Of a stretch of DNA of 36,180 nucleotides, positions 27,044 through 35,951 are shown one piece after another. The number at the start of each line of letters is the position of its first letter. Within the stretch, counting starts at the first letter, position 1. The DNA is from Planctomycetota bacterium (lineage in GTDB: Bacteria > Planctomycetota > UBA1135 > UBA2386). The position numbers and the translations under genes were made by a program. Below the pieces are notes generated by a model. That model worked only from the letters and a program-made list of their open reading frames with translations, did no database searches and was not told the DNA's origin. The stretch is from positions 1 through 36,180 of the forward strand of contig CANMWZ010000042.1 of assembly GCA_947501605.1 (NCBI GenBank), read 5' to 3'.

Positions 27044-29380
27044 ATGCCGACCTCACTTATCGGCACGACCCCACATCGATCCTCTATGCACTCGACAACC
27101 AACACGCAGAGACCCCTGACGGCTCGGGCCCTTCAGGCGTTCTCGAATCTACCTGTAGCTCGCAAGCTGCAGCTCATCATGGCGATGAGTCTGTGCGGCC
27201 TTGCTATGTTGTTCGTACTCAGCTTGCGGTCCGCGAGCGCGATCGGAAGCGAGTTGTCCGTGGTCGGACGTCAGCAGTTGCCAGCCGTGCGCAACATGAC
27301 GCTCATCGACATGATGCACGACGGCATTCGTGCCGGTCTATTCGGCATCCTGCTCGCGAGCCACAAGGATGACGCAGCGGGCATGGAAGCGGCGGAGGTC
27401 GAGCTGAAGGACCTCTGTTCCAACTTGCGCGAGTATGCGGCAAATCTCGAGAAGCTCGAGTTGGCGCCGTCGACGCGCGTGGCCGTGAACGAGGCCAAGC
27501 CGGCGATGATCGAGTATGTCGACGGCGCCCTGTTGATCGGCGCCAACGTCCGCGCCAAGCAGGCGGGCGACCTCGACCAGTCGATGGCCAAGTTTGGCGA
27601 GCAGTTCGAAGCGTTGGAGGCCTGCCTTGAGCATCTTGGCGAGTTGATCGCGAAGGACGCCGACGCTGCCGTTGCGCGTGGCGAATCGGCAGCGACCAGT
27701 GCGCTGTGGCAGATGATCGTGACGCTGCTTTGCGTCGGCAGCATTGCGATTGCGTTCTCGATGTTCGTCGGCCGTTCAATCACCACGCCGCTCGGCGCCG
27801 CCGTCGAAGTGCTCGAGTCTGGCGACCTCAGCAAGCTCGCGAACGTGCAGTCCGAGGACGAGATCGGTCGCATGGCTCGCGCGGTGACGACAACTGTCGC
27901 CAACATCGAGCGCCAGAAGGGCGAGATGGCGCGCGTTGTGTCCATGATGGAGAACGCCCCGATCAACATGCTGTACGCCGATCCAGATGGCCGCGTGCAG
28001 TATCAAAATCCTGCTTCGAAGACGAGCGTTGACAAGATCGCAACCGCACTCGGCTTTGGTGCCGAAGCCGTCGTCGGTGCGCCGATCCAGAGCTTCTTGC
28101 GTACGTGCAGCCAGCAACCAACAGGCTTGCAGGACGGCACGGGACTGCCGTTCCGCGCGACTGCCGAGCTAGGGGACGAGGTGGTCGAGCTACTGGTCAC
28201 CGCGTTGCGGGAACACCAGGGCACGTATCTTGGCCCGATGCTGACGTGGGAACTCAAGACCGAACAGGTCCGGATGCAGCGGCAGAACGAGGCGATGGCT
28301 GAAGGCTCCCGCCGCCAAGCGGAGGCCGAGCAGCGCCGGGCCATGGAGCAGGCAGAGCGCGATCGCGTCACTTCGGAACGCGAGCGGCAGCGAATCGCCA
28401 ACCAGGCGGATGGCGAGCGTCGGGCCGCCGAGGAGCTGCAGCAGAAGATCGACATCCTGCTCAAGGCGGTCGACGAGGCTGCGAAGGGCGACCTGAGGCA
28501 GAAGGTGACGGTCGATGGTACCGACGCGGTCAGCAAGGTGGGTGGTGCGCTCGACACGCTGTTTACCGACCTGCGGCAGAGCATCGCCGAAATTGCGCGC
28601 AACGCCGACCAACTGGCTGCTTCATCGAGCGGCCTGCGGCAGAGCAGCACGAGCATGCACAACGCGGCGGAGACCACTTCGATGGAGCTGAGCGCCGTTT
28701 CCGCGGCCAGCGAAGAAGTCAGCAAGAGCGTCCAAGGCGTCTCGATCGCAACGGGCGAAATGAGCGAGCGCATTCGGCAGATCGCCACGAGTGCGGCGGA
28801 AGCGACGCGGGTGGCCGCCAGCGCCGTGGAAGCGGCGGGGGTGACGGAAACGACGATGGCTCGCCTGAGCGAGTCGAGTCAGAAGATCGGCGAGGTCGTC
28901 AAGCTCATCCACACGATTGCGCAACAGACCAACCTGCTGGCCCTCAATGCAACGATCGAGGCAGCGCGCGCCGGAGAGGCGGGTCGCGGCTTTGCGGTCG
29001 TCGCCAACGAGGTCAAAGAACTGGCAAACGCGACCTCGAAGGCCACGGGTGAGATCAGCCAGCGGATCGATGCCATCCAGGGTGACGCCAAGCAAGCGCG
29101 TACGGCCATCGGCCGCATCGGTCACATCGTTCACCAGATCAGCGACCTGCAGACGACGATCGCCGCGTCGGTGGAAGAGCAGACATCAATGACCAAGGGT
29201 ATTGCGCAAACGCTGTCCGAAGCCGCCGAGGGCACCAACGAAATCGTCGGCACGATTGCGCGCGTGACCCAGTGCGCGAGCGAGACTTCGATCGGCGCCC
29301 AGAGCTCCCTCGAATCGGCCGAGGCGCTGTCGAAGATGGCCGGCGACCTGAGCAAGCTCGTCGGCGCGTTCCGCTACTGA
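27044..29380 (+). CDS. methyl-accepting chemotaxis protein (TM, four-helix sensor, TM, HAMP, PAS, HAMP, signalling domain)
   Basis: Two TM segments, DEIGRMARA HAMP, NAPINMLYAD..QYQN PAS, hallmark IAQQTNLLALNATIEAARAGEAGRGFAVVANEVKELA; exact start uncertain. Confidence 0.96.
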   Translation: MPTSLIGTTPHRSSMHSTTNTQRPLTARALQAFSNLPVARKLQLIMAMSLCGLAMLFVLSLRSASAIGSELSVVGRQQLPAVRNMTLIDMMHDGIRAGLFGILLASHKDDAAGMEAAEVELKDLCSNLREYAANLEKLELAPSTRVAVNEAKPAMIEYVDGALLIGANVRAKQAGDLDQSMAKFGEQFEALEACLEHLGELIAKDADAAVARGESAATSALWQMIVTLLCVGSIAIAFSMFVGRSITTPLGAAVEVLESGDLSKLANVQSEDEIGRMARAVTTTVANIERQKGEMARVVSMMENAPINMLYADPDGRVQYQNPASKTSVDKIATALGFGAEAVVGAPIQSFLRTCSQQPTGLQDGTGLPFRATAELGDEVVELLVTALREHQGTYLGPMLTWELKTEQVRMQRQNEAMAEGSRRQAEAEQRRAMEQAERDRVTSERERQRIANQADGERRAAEELQQKIDILLKAVDEAAKGDLRQKVTVDGTDAVSKVGGALDTLFTDLRQSIAEIARNADQLAASSSGLRQSSTSMHNAAETTSMELSAVSAASEEVSKSVQGVSIATGEMSERIRQIATSAAEATRVAASAVEAAGVTETTMARLSESSQKIGEVVKLIHTIAQQTNLLALNATIEAARAGEAGRGFAVVANEVKELANATSKATGEISQRIDAIQGDAKQARTAIGRIGHIVHQISDLQTTIAASVEEQTSMTKGIAQTLSEAAEGTNEIVGTIARVTQCASETSIGAQSSLESAEALSKMAGDLSKLVGAFRY

Positions 29381-29450
29381 GCAGCTCGTCAGAACGGGGC
29401 GCGGCGCCGGCCGCCCCCGGTGCAGTCTGAGGCAGCCGTGCGGTCTCGGA

Positions 29451-30638
29451 TCAGTTGGTCGCAATGATGCTCGACAGGATCTCGTCGAGGAACCCGACCC
29501 AGAACAGATCGCATGCGGTCGGTCCTCTGACCACGAACATCTCCCCTTGCTGGTCGAGCAGGCAGGTGAGATAGCTCTTGGTTGCGACGTCTCTGGCATC
29601 CTGCACGCCGAGCAGTGCGATCGGGCGGTGACTGGCGAAGAACTCGGCGGCGCTCTTGCCCTGGTTCATGATCATCGCGCCGAGATTGCGCTGGCCGAAA
29701 GCCTCGCGATCCGACCAGTCTGCATCCTTCAAGAAGTAGAGCGGCGCAGTCTGGTTCTTCTGGTCGATGAAGACCTCGGGCACATCGAACGGGATGAGCG
29801 GCAGGGGCACATGGATCACGCGCCCGGCGATCTGCTGCACGATGCCGAGACCCTTCTGCATTCGCTCGCGACCAAAGTCGTGGTCCTCTTGCGTGGCCGG
29901 GACCCAGTGCACGAACTTCTGCATGCCTTGGTAGTCCTCGCTCGCCGGTCGATCGCGCAAGTAGTAGTAGACCGCGAGGCTGTTGCGGCGGCGGTCCGGC
30001 GGACACGTGAGCGGGTGCGGGTGACCGTGCAGCGAGCGCGTGCCAGCATTGAAGAGCACGGCGCGGTTGGCGGCGGGCAAGAACCGGTGCACCGGCTGGC
30101 GCTTGTCGTCCCACAGTTCGAGATGGCCACCGTACTCCTCCTTCCAACCCGGGTTGAGGTAGACGATCAGGTTCAGATACTGATGCATCTGGTTGCCGAG
30201 CGGATGGCGGTTGACGTCGGTGTGCATCATCAATCGCCCACCTGGGCCAGTGCTGTGCATACCGCAGTGATTGTAGGACGCGTCAGGGATGATCCCTCTG
30301 GTGCCGCACAGCTTCTCGAGGAAGGACAAGAAGATGCCCGAGTTGAGCTGGCCCATGAAGTGACGCGTGAAGTCGCCAAACTTGGTCTCGTCACTGGTGC
30401 CGAGCTTGGCGATGTTCTTGTCGCGGGCCCACTGTGTGCGTCCTGGCCCGTGCAACTGCCAGTCGATGTCGTGTGGTCCAGGAAACTCGCGCACCAGCAG
30501 GTCGAACACATCCTGGGGCAGGAAGTCGTCGAACACGCAGTGTTGGAAGGGCTGCGCCGAACGGAACGACTCACCCTTTTGCTCGCACAAACGGGCGAGG
30601 GCGTCGCGGTCGAAGTAGAAGGCCGGGATCTGCTTCAT
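29451..30638 (-). CDS. 2OG-Fe(II) oxygenase with C-terminal extension
   Basis: AQPFQH.VFDDFL, MHTD (HxD), LNLIVYLN..W..EYGGHLELW, LHGH, RNS; likely start MKQIPAFY at 30638. Confidence 0.9.
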   Translation of the reverse strand: MKQIPAFYFDRDALARLCEQKGESFRSAQPFQHCVFDDFLPQDVFDLLVREFPGPHDIDWQLHGPGRTQWARDKNIAKLGTSDETKFGDFTRHFMGQLNSGIFLSFLEKLCGTRGIIPDASYNHCGMHSTGPGGRLMMHTDVNRHPLGNQMHQYLNLIVYLNPGWKEEYGGHLELWDDKRQPVHRFLPAANRAVLFNAGTRSLHGHPHPLTCPPDRRRNSLAVYYYLRDRPASEDYQGMQKFVHWVPATQEDHDFGRERMQKGLGIVQQIAGRVIHVPLPLIPFDVPEVFIDQKNQTAPLYFLKDADWSDREAFGQRNLGAMIMNQGKSAAEFFASHRPIALLGVQDARDVATKSYLTCLLDQQGEMFVVRGPTACDLFWVGFLDEILSSIIATN

Positions 30639-30738
30639 GGTCGTGCTCCTCGGGAGCCGTGGGGATACCACAGCGAGGGCGTCGAGACCAAGGTCCCGCG
30701 GCAGACGCTGGCGCGCGGTCGCGCGCCAGCATCGCCAA

Positions 30739-31698
30739 TCAGCGGATCACCAGCGTGACGGCGTTGGTCGTGACCAGCGGCAGCGAGGCGCCGCTCGCGG
30801 TGTCAAAGCACGCGACCTGGAGGGCGACAAAGCCACCGACGAGGCCCGGATCGTTAGGGATCGACAGGCTGTAGCGCACGTGACCAGCCGCCGTCGGGCC
30901 GCGCACATTGCTGGTGCCGGTGAACGCGAAGTACGAGTCGAACACGTCGGTGTTCTGCGTGCACCCGGGCGGCAGGATCGCCAGCGGTACGACCGGGAAG
31001 CCCGGGATCACGCCGAGCGCCATGAGCGCCGCTTGGCCTGGCAGGAAGCCCGAGGCCTCGATCGAAAACTGCGTGTTGGCGATCGTCGGCTCGTAGTTGG
31101 TGAAGGCCGTGGCATAGGCCCCGTTGGTGCCAAGGCACGGGCCGCCGTTGTTGCCAACCCCGAGGTCGTCCAGAAGGTTGCAGAACAGACGGACCTTGGG
31201 CGCCGTGTTCGTGACCGCCGTCCAGGTGACGCCGCTGCGCGTCGCCGTCAGCAGCGTGAGGCCGCCTGACTCAACCGGGATCTCGCTGAAGCCCGGATCG
31301 ATCCACACGACCCAGATCTTGGTGTTCGGGTTGACGGCAATGCTCTGGTCGAGGTTTGCGCCCTGCCAACGAAGCGGCATCGTCTGGTCGATCTTCCAGG
31401 TGCCGCCGCCGAGCCGCGCGCCTGGCAGGTTGTTGACGTCGCTCCAGATCTCGACGGTCATATAGCGATCGCCGGACAGCGTCGAGTTGCCCGTGAACAG
31501 GCGCACGCTTTGGATCGTGTAGGTGTTGGTCGGGACCACTTGCCATGCGCGCGTGTTGGGACCGCCGAAGCCGAAGGCGGACAATGCGCCAGAAGTCGTC
31601 GAGGTGGTGTCGTTGAACGACTCGCAGGGCGGCGTCTGAGCCGACAGGCTCGAAGCCAGCAAGACGCTGAACAGAGCAATGCGGTGTAGGTAAGACAT
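30739..31698 (-). CDS. secreted hypothetical protein with beta-sandwich N domain and shared C-terminal domain
   Basis: Signal peptide MSYLHRIALFSVLLASSLSA-Q; C-terminus resembles that of the 19562 peptidase. Confidence 0.85.
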   Translation of the reverse strand: MSYLHRIALFSVLLASSLSAQTPPCESFNDTTSTTSGALSAFGFGGPNTRAWQVVPTNTYTIQSVRLFTGNSTLSGDRYMTVEIWSDVNNLPGARLGGGTWKIDQTMPLRWQGANLDQSIAVNPNTKIWVVWIDPGFSEIPVESGGLTLLTATRSGVTWTAVTNTAPKVRLFCNLLDDLGVGNNGGPCLGTNGAYATAFTNYEPTIANTQFSIEASGFLPGQAALMALGVIPGFPVVPLAILPPGCTQNTDVFDSYFAFTGTSNVRGPTAAGHVRYSLSIPNDPGLVGGFVALQVACFDTASGASLPLVTTNAVTLVIR

Positions 31699-31844
31699 AG
31701 CGGCTGACTGGAACTTCAGAGGAACAGGTGGATGGGGACGATCGCCACTGTGCGCTGCCGTTTCGCGATTGGCAACGGCCGGCGGGATGCGGTCTCTGCC
31801 GCCGCACCTTTGTGCCGCCACGATCCCCGCTTTATGTAGCGATC

Positions 31845-32606
31845 ATGCAACAACGTCGTCACCGCTGGCTTGGCACTCTCCTGGTCGTGGTTGCGACCGC
31901 GATGGTGTCGTGCAGCAAGCCTGGCCCCGCTCCTGTGACGGTGTTTGCCGCCGCGTCGCTCGCCGCGCCGTTCAGCGCCCTTGCGACCGCGTTTGAGACC
32001 AGTCCTGGTGGCTGCCAAGTGCGACTGCACACCGATGGCTCGCAGAACCTGGTGCTGCAGCTCCGCGAAGGTGCAAGTGCGGACGTGTTTGCCGTTGCCG
32101 ACGAACGCACCATGCAGCGCGTCGTCGATCTCGGCCGGGTCTACGGTGCGCCGCGCGTGTTTGCGCGCAACAGCCTCGCCATCATGGTCGAGGTCGGCAA
32201 CCAGCATCACATCCAAGGCCTCGCCGACCTTGCGCGCTCGGACCTGAAGGTTGCGCTGTGTGGTCCGACCGTTCCCGTCGGCAACTATGCGCGCAAGGCG
32301 CTCGAGACGGCCGGCGTCACAGTGCATTCCGTTTCGGACGAGACCAGTGTGAAGGCGCTCGTCGGCAAAGTGCAGCTTGGCGAAGTCGACGCTGTCATCG
32401 CCTACCAAACCGATGTCCGCACAGGTCTGGAGGCGATTGCGATCCCGCCCGAGCACAACGTGATCGCGAGCTATCCGATCGCGGTGCTCACGGCGCGAAC
32501 CGTCGATGGCAACCACGATCGTGCGGCGGCAGAGGCCTTCGTCGCCTTCGTGCTCTCGCCAGCAGGGCGTGCGGTGCTGCAAGAACACGGCTTCGCGTTG
32601 CCATGA
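31845..32606 (+). CDS. modA: molybdate ABC transporter substrate-binding lipoprotein
   Basis: Lipobox MVSC, VFAAASL, GS..L..Q...GA.ADVF, FARNSL, VPVGNYA, GEVDA..AYQTD, YPIAVL, FVLS..G..VL..HGF. Confidence 0.93.
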   Translation: MQQRRHRWLGTLLVVVATAMVSCSKPGPAPVTVFAAASLAAPFSALATAFETSPGGCQVRLHTDGSQNLVLQLREGASADVFAVADERTMQRVVDLGRVYGAPRVFARNSLAIMVEVGNQHHIQGLADLARSDLKVALCGPTVPVGNYARKALETAGVTVHSVSDETSVKALVGKVQLGEVDAVIAYQTDVRTGLEAIAIPPEHNVIASYPIAVLTARTVDGNHDRAAAEAFVAFVLSPAGRAVLQEHGFALP

Positions 32607-32658
32607 CGACCTGGGCTTCGAGCTACTCTTGTGCGTCCGCCGGCATGGTCCGGCCGGA

Positions 32659-33723
32659 ATGCGCATGACCGAGATCCGCCGCGACGACCTGCTCCGCCTG
32701 CTGGCTGCCATACCGGCGCCAGACGTCTACAACGAAGTCATCCTGCGGCCCGATGGCGACGTGCCGCTGGCGATGCTGCGGCCCGCCGGCCAACCGCCGC
32801 GCGCATTCGTGCTGCAGGACGGCGCTGCCGTCGAACTCTTGCCGGAGAACGATCCCGATCTCCCGGCCAGCAAGCTCTTCGGCAAGAAGTCGCGCATGCT
32901 GCGCGCGCTGCAACCGCTGCTGGGGCCGGTCGAAGAACCGAAGCTCGTGGCGTGGCGTCCGGGCAAGCGCGCCGTCGTGCGCGTGAAGCTCGGCGATGGC
33001 GCGCTGTTCGTGAAGTTCCTCGACCGGAAGACCTACCGGCGCGCGGCGGGGGTGTTCGAGGCGCTGCCGATGGCTGTGCCGCCGATGGAGTTCGCGCGCG
33101 CGACGCAGTTGCTGGGGGAGCTCTGTGCCTATGTGGCGCCAGCCGCGCCGGGCGTGTGCCTGCGGGAGATCCTCGCCAAGGGGGAGAGGCCGTCGTGGGC
33201 GCTGCTCGACGACGCGATCCGCGCCCTCGCAGCGACGCCGGTGCACGCGGGGATGCCGGTGGTGGACTTCGCGACGGCGAAAGACGCGGGCGTTCGCATG
33301 CTGCAGAAGGGCGCGGTGATGGTGCCGGAGCTAGCAGCGCGGGCGGAACGGCTGGCGGCGTTGGGTTCGCCTTCGAGTGTCAGACGGGGGTTCGTCCACG
33401 GGGACTTTCATGACCGACAGGTGTTCTTGACGCACGATCGTGTGCATCTGATCGACCTGGAGACGGTGGGGTCGGGCGACGCGAACTTCGATCTGATCAA
33501 CATGGCGGAGCAGGTTCGACTGCGGTCGCTGCAGCAGAACGGGAGCGACGATGGCACGGGGGCGGCGTTGCTGGAGCGGTTCGGGGTGGAGGAGGATGTG
33601 CGGTGGCGGTGGGGCGTGTGTGTGCGGGCGCGGCTGTGCGGGGTGTATGCGTTGCGGCCGCGGTGGGCGGAGTTGGTGCGGCGGTTGTTGGGGGAAGTGG
33701 ATGCGATGCTCGCGCGGGGGTGA
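32659..33723 (+). CDS. aminoglycoside phosphotransferase (APH)/kinase-like family protein
   Basis: WRPGKRAVVR, FVKF, Brenner-like FVHGDFHDRQV, LIDLE, FDLIN; start at 32659 or 32665. Confidence 0.85.
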   Translation: MRMTEIRRDDLLRLLAAIPAPDVYNEVILRPDGDVPLAMLRPAGQPPRAFVLQDGAAVELLPENDPDLPASKLFGKKSRMLRALQPLLGPVEEPKLVAWRPGKRAVVRVKLGDGALFVKFLDRKTYRRAAGVFEALPMAVPPMEFARATQLLGELCAYVAPAAPGVCLREILAKGERPSWALLDDAIRALAATPVHAGMPVVDFATAKDAGVRMLQKGAVMVPELAARAERLAALGSPSSVRRGFVHGDFHDRQVFLTHDRVHLIDLETVGSGDANFDLINMAEQVRLRSLQQNGSDDGTGAALLERFGVEEDVRWRWGVCVRARLCGVYALRPRWAELVRRLLGEVDAMLARG

Positions 33724-33725
33724 CG
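33497..33725 (+). repeat. direct repeat copy 1 (3' end of the phosphotransferase gene)
   Basis: Ungapped alignment to 35952-36180 with 8 mismatches in 229 nt. Confidence 0.97.
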
Positions 33726-33840
33726 AGGGTGCCGACCGAGGTCTCGTTCGTGGTGGGCCCGCGTCAGGAGCTCAGCGGGGCGCGGCAGGCTGAGATGGCA
33801 ATCTGCAAGTGCTCTGGCATTTGCACGGGGCCAACCAGTG

Positions 33841-35442
33841 TCACTTCCGCGGAAAGGTTATGACGAACTTAGCTGGCCCGGTCTCACACTCAAATGTCGC
33901 GTCGACCGTGCTTCGATCCCCGAGCATGGCCTTCACGTCGACTCGGCCCTTCGTGACCCAGCCTACGATCTTCTCGGGCTTAGCGCTTCGCAGGACATCG
34001 ACCATATTGCCGCTGGTGACCTGTAAGGCAGCATGCGCAGGGATGGTGCCGTCCTCATACTGAACGCGAAACTCCGCTAGGACGAGGTCCGCGACGAGTT
34101 GCACCTCTGCAACGACCGACTTACCGGCCTCGACGGTCGCTCGCTGAGGCTTGAGGTCCTTCAGCGACCCCTTGGGAAGAAAAGGCCGCAGGACGTACTC
34201 GCCAGGAGCAATCGAACTTGCCGCATCCCCGCTGCTGATCACTGCCGCCGTATCCCCATCCGTGCGGTTGACGAAGATCTCTACACCGCGGATCTCTTCG
34301 CCGGAGGGACCGCGCACGTGAACCTCGAGGTAAGTGCCTTGTTCCGCCCGATCCACCAATACGTCTTGCACGGCGAGCGAATCCAGAGATTGGAGAGAGA
34401 CTATTGCTTCGACGGGCTTGCCTGCGGCGCTGTCGAAGGACACAGGGATCTCGTGACTCCGCAGCCGATCGATCAAGGCGCGTGTACCGGCGAGCAGGAT
34501 CCGGCACTCGGCCCCAAACCTTGCACGCGCCGAATCGCGGGCCTCCACCGCCTCCTCTGCGTGCAATGGAGCAAGAGCCGCGGGGTAGTGCTTGATGCTC
34601 AGAGATGGGGGACTGCTGGGATTGAAGCGAACCACTGCCAGAACGATCCCTGCCACCACGACTCTCGAAGCGACTCTGTCTGGACCCCGGATCTCGACCG
34701 TTCCGCCTGACCCCATCTCCGCGATAGATGGGTCTAAGAAGTCGTGACGGTAGATGCCCGGCTGCAGACGGAAGGTCAGGCGGTTTCCTGATCCTGCTGC
34801 CGGCCACACTCCCGCGTTGGTGGGCTCGTTGTTCTCGGTCTTGATGGACCTCGTCTCGGCGCGTTGCATCTCTAGTGCCACACCGAGCGCCGGTGACCCG
34901 TTCATGTCGACTAGCTCCACTTCGTAGTCGAAGGCTGGAGCCATCCGGCAATCGTAGGTACCCCCCGTCGCCACCATCGCCGTGACGTCCAATGGGAAGT
35001 ACCCGGGGGCGTGGATGCAGAGGCGTTTGGGAGTGGTTCTCGGGCGCTCCGCAACCACGAGCGAGCCTTCTTGGAAATCGTGAAGTACGGAAGTGCGTTG
35101 AATGCCCTCCGTGGTCCATTCGCCGAGCGCGGCCCCTGGCACTGTGCTGTCCCCGGAATCCCGGATGGGACGTACAACGAGCCATTCTCCTGTTGCTGCA
35201 GGAGCGGTTCGTGCCTCGGCGGTCGCAGCGGTTGGTGTAACGATTGGCCGGTCTTGACCCACTGCAACGCGAGCTTCGACCTGCGAGTCGGCCTCATGCA
35301 CCGGCGCCGGAACGGAACCACTACGTGACAGCAGGGCTACGCCCAGCGCAATCACGGTTAGAAGACCGGCGACAACGTGCCTGGTGTGCTTCCGGGCTGA
35401 TGGCCGCCCAGTGGAAATCATTGGATCTGGTAGCACTTGCAT
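33841..35442 (-). CDS. membrane-anchored hypothetical protein with repeated beta-sandwich (carboxypeptidase-regulatory-like) modules
   Basis: Long ORF in a lower-GC region, N-terminal TM anchor, Ala/Pro linker, recurring APGY/PGxY and VxxxDG.P motifs. Confidence 0.8.
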   Translation of the reverse strand: MQVLPDPMISTGRPSARKHTRHVVAGLLTVIALGVALLSRSGSVPAPVHEADSQVEARVAVGQDRPIVTPTAATAEARTAPAATGEWLVVRPIRDSGDSTVPGAALGEWTTEGIQRTSVLHDFQEGSLVVAERPRTTPKRLCIHAPGYFPLDVTAMVATGGTYDCRMAPAFDYEVELVDMNGSPALGVALEMQRAETRSIKTENNEPTNAGVWPAAGSGNRLTFRLQPGIYRHDFLDPSIAEMGSGGTVEIRGPDRVASRVVVAGIVLAVVRFNPSSPPSLSIKHYPAALAPLHAEEAVEARDSARARFGAECRILLAGTRALIDRLRSHEIPVSFDSAAGKPVEAIVSLQSLDSLAVQDVLVDRAEQGTYLEVHVRGPSGEEIRGVEIFVNRTDGDTAAVISSGDAASSIAPGEYVLRPFLPKGSLKDLKPQRATVEAGKSVVAEVQLVADLVLAEFRVQYEDGTIPAHAALQVTSGNMVDVLRSAKPEKIVGWVTKGRVDVKAMLGDRSTVDATFECETGPAKFVITFPRK

Positions 35443-35493
35443 GGATCCGAGTTGTAGTCAAAGAAAAGAGAGTCCGTCTTGTCAAGGCACCAG

Positions 35494-35799
35494 CTAGTGC
35501 AGCAGACATCCTCGCATGTCAAGTGCGAGAGCGGTGACGAGAGTTAAAGCAATCCGGAGCATTAGCCCTGCGATCAAGGCGACAGCAGTCACGGTTTCTA
35601 GAGCGACCACTCCGTACAGAACAAAGTCCTGATCGCCACTGATGTTACCCGTCGAGGCCTTCGCCGCCGCGAGAAGAGCCAGGGCAATAGTGATCCGGGA
35701 TGAAAGCGCTCGCTGGACGTAGAAGAGACGCAAGGGGACCCAGTTAGGGAATCCCCCGAGCTTCTCGCCTTGGGTCGCCTCTTCCCGTGTCTCAGCCAT
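35494..35799 (-). CDS. small hydrophobic membrane protein, possibly a truncated DoxX/MauE-like gene
   Basis: Hydrophobic segments IALALLAAAK and VVALETVTAVALIAG; ends abruptly; start uncertain. Confidence 0.4.
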   Translation of the reverse strand: MAETREEATQGEKLGGFPNWVPLRLFYVQRALSSRITIALALLAAAKASTGNISGDQDFVLYGVVALETVTAVALIAGLMLRIALTLVTALALDMRGCLLH

Positions 35800-35951
35800 G
35801 CCGAGTAGGTTAGCGACGCCCCCCCTCATGTGAGCCTTGTCCCAAGAAAAGTCTCGACTTTGGGAGGGCTGCAGCTCGGCCTCTGGATAGCCCGCACTTC
35901 CCAATAGCCTAGCCGCAGGACGCACCGGGGCAGGGTCGCGCAGAGGTGACG

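Larger units (their letters stand above)
33726..35951. mobile_element. putative acquired cargo segment between the direct repeats; no mobility gene
   Basis: Lower GC (hand-counted lines 34381 and 35581 are 57% and 53%), different codon usage, bounded by the 229 bp repeats. Confidence 0.55.

Noticed and set aside
35451..35485. sigma70 promoter for the 35442 gene (TTGACA on the minus strand)
   Set aside because: No -10 element at 16-18 nt spacing.
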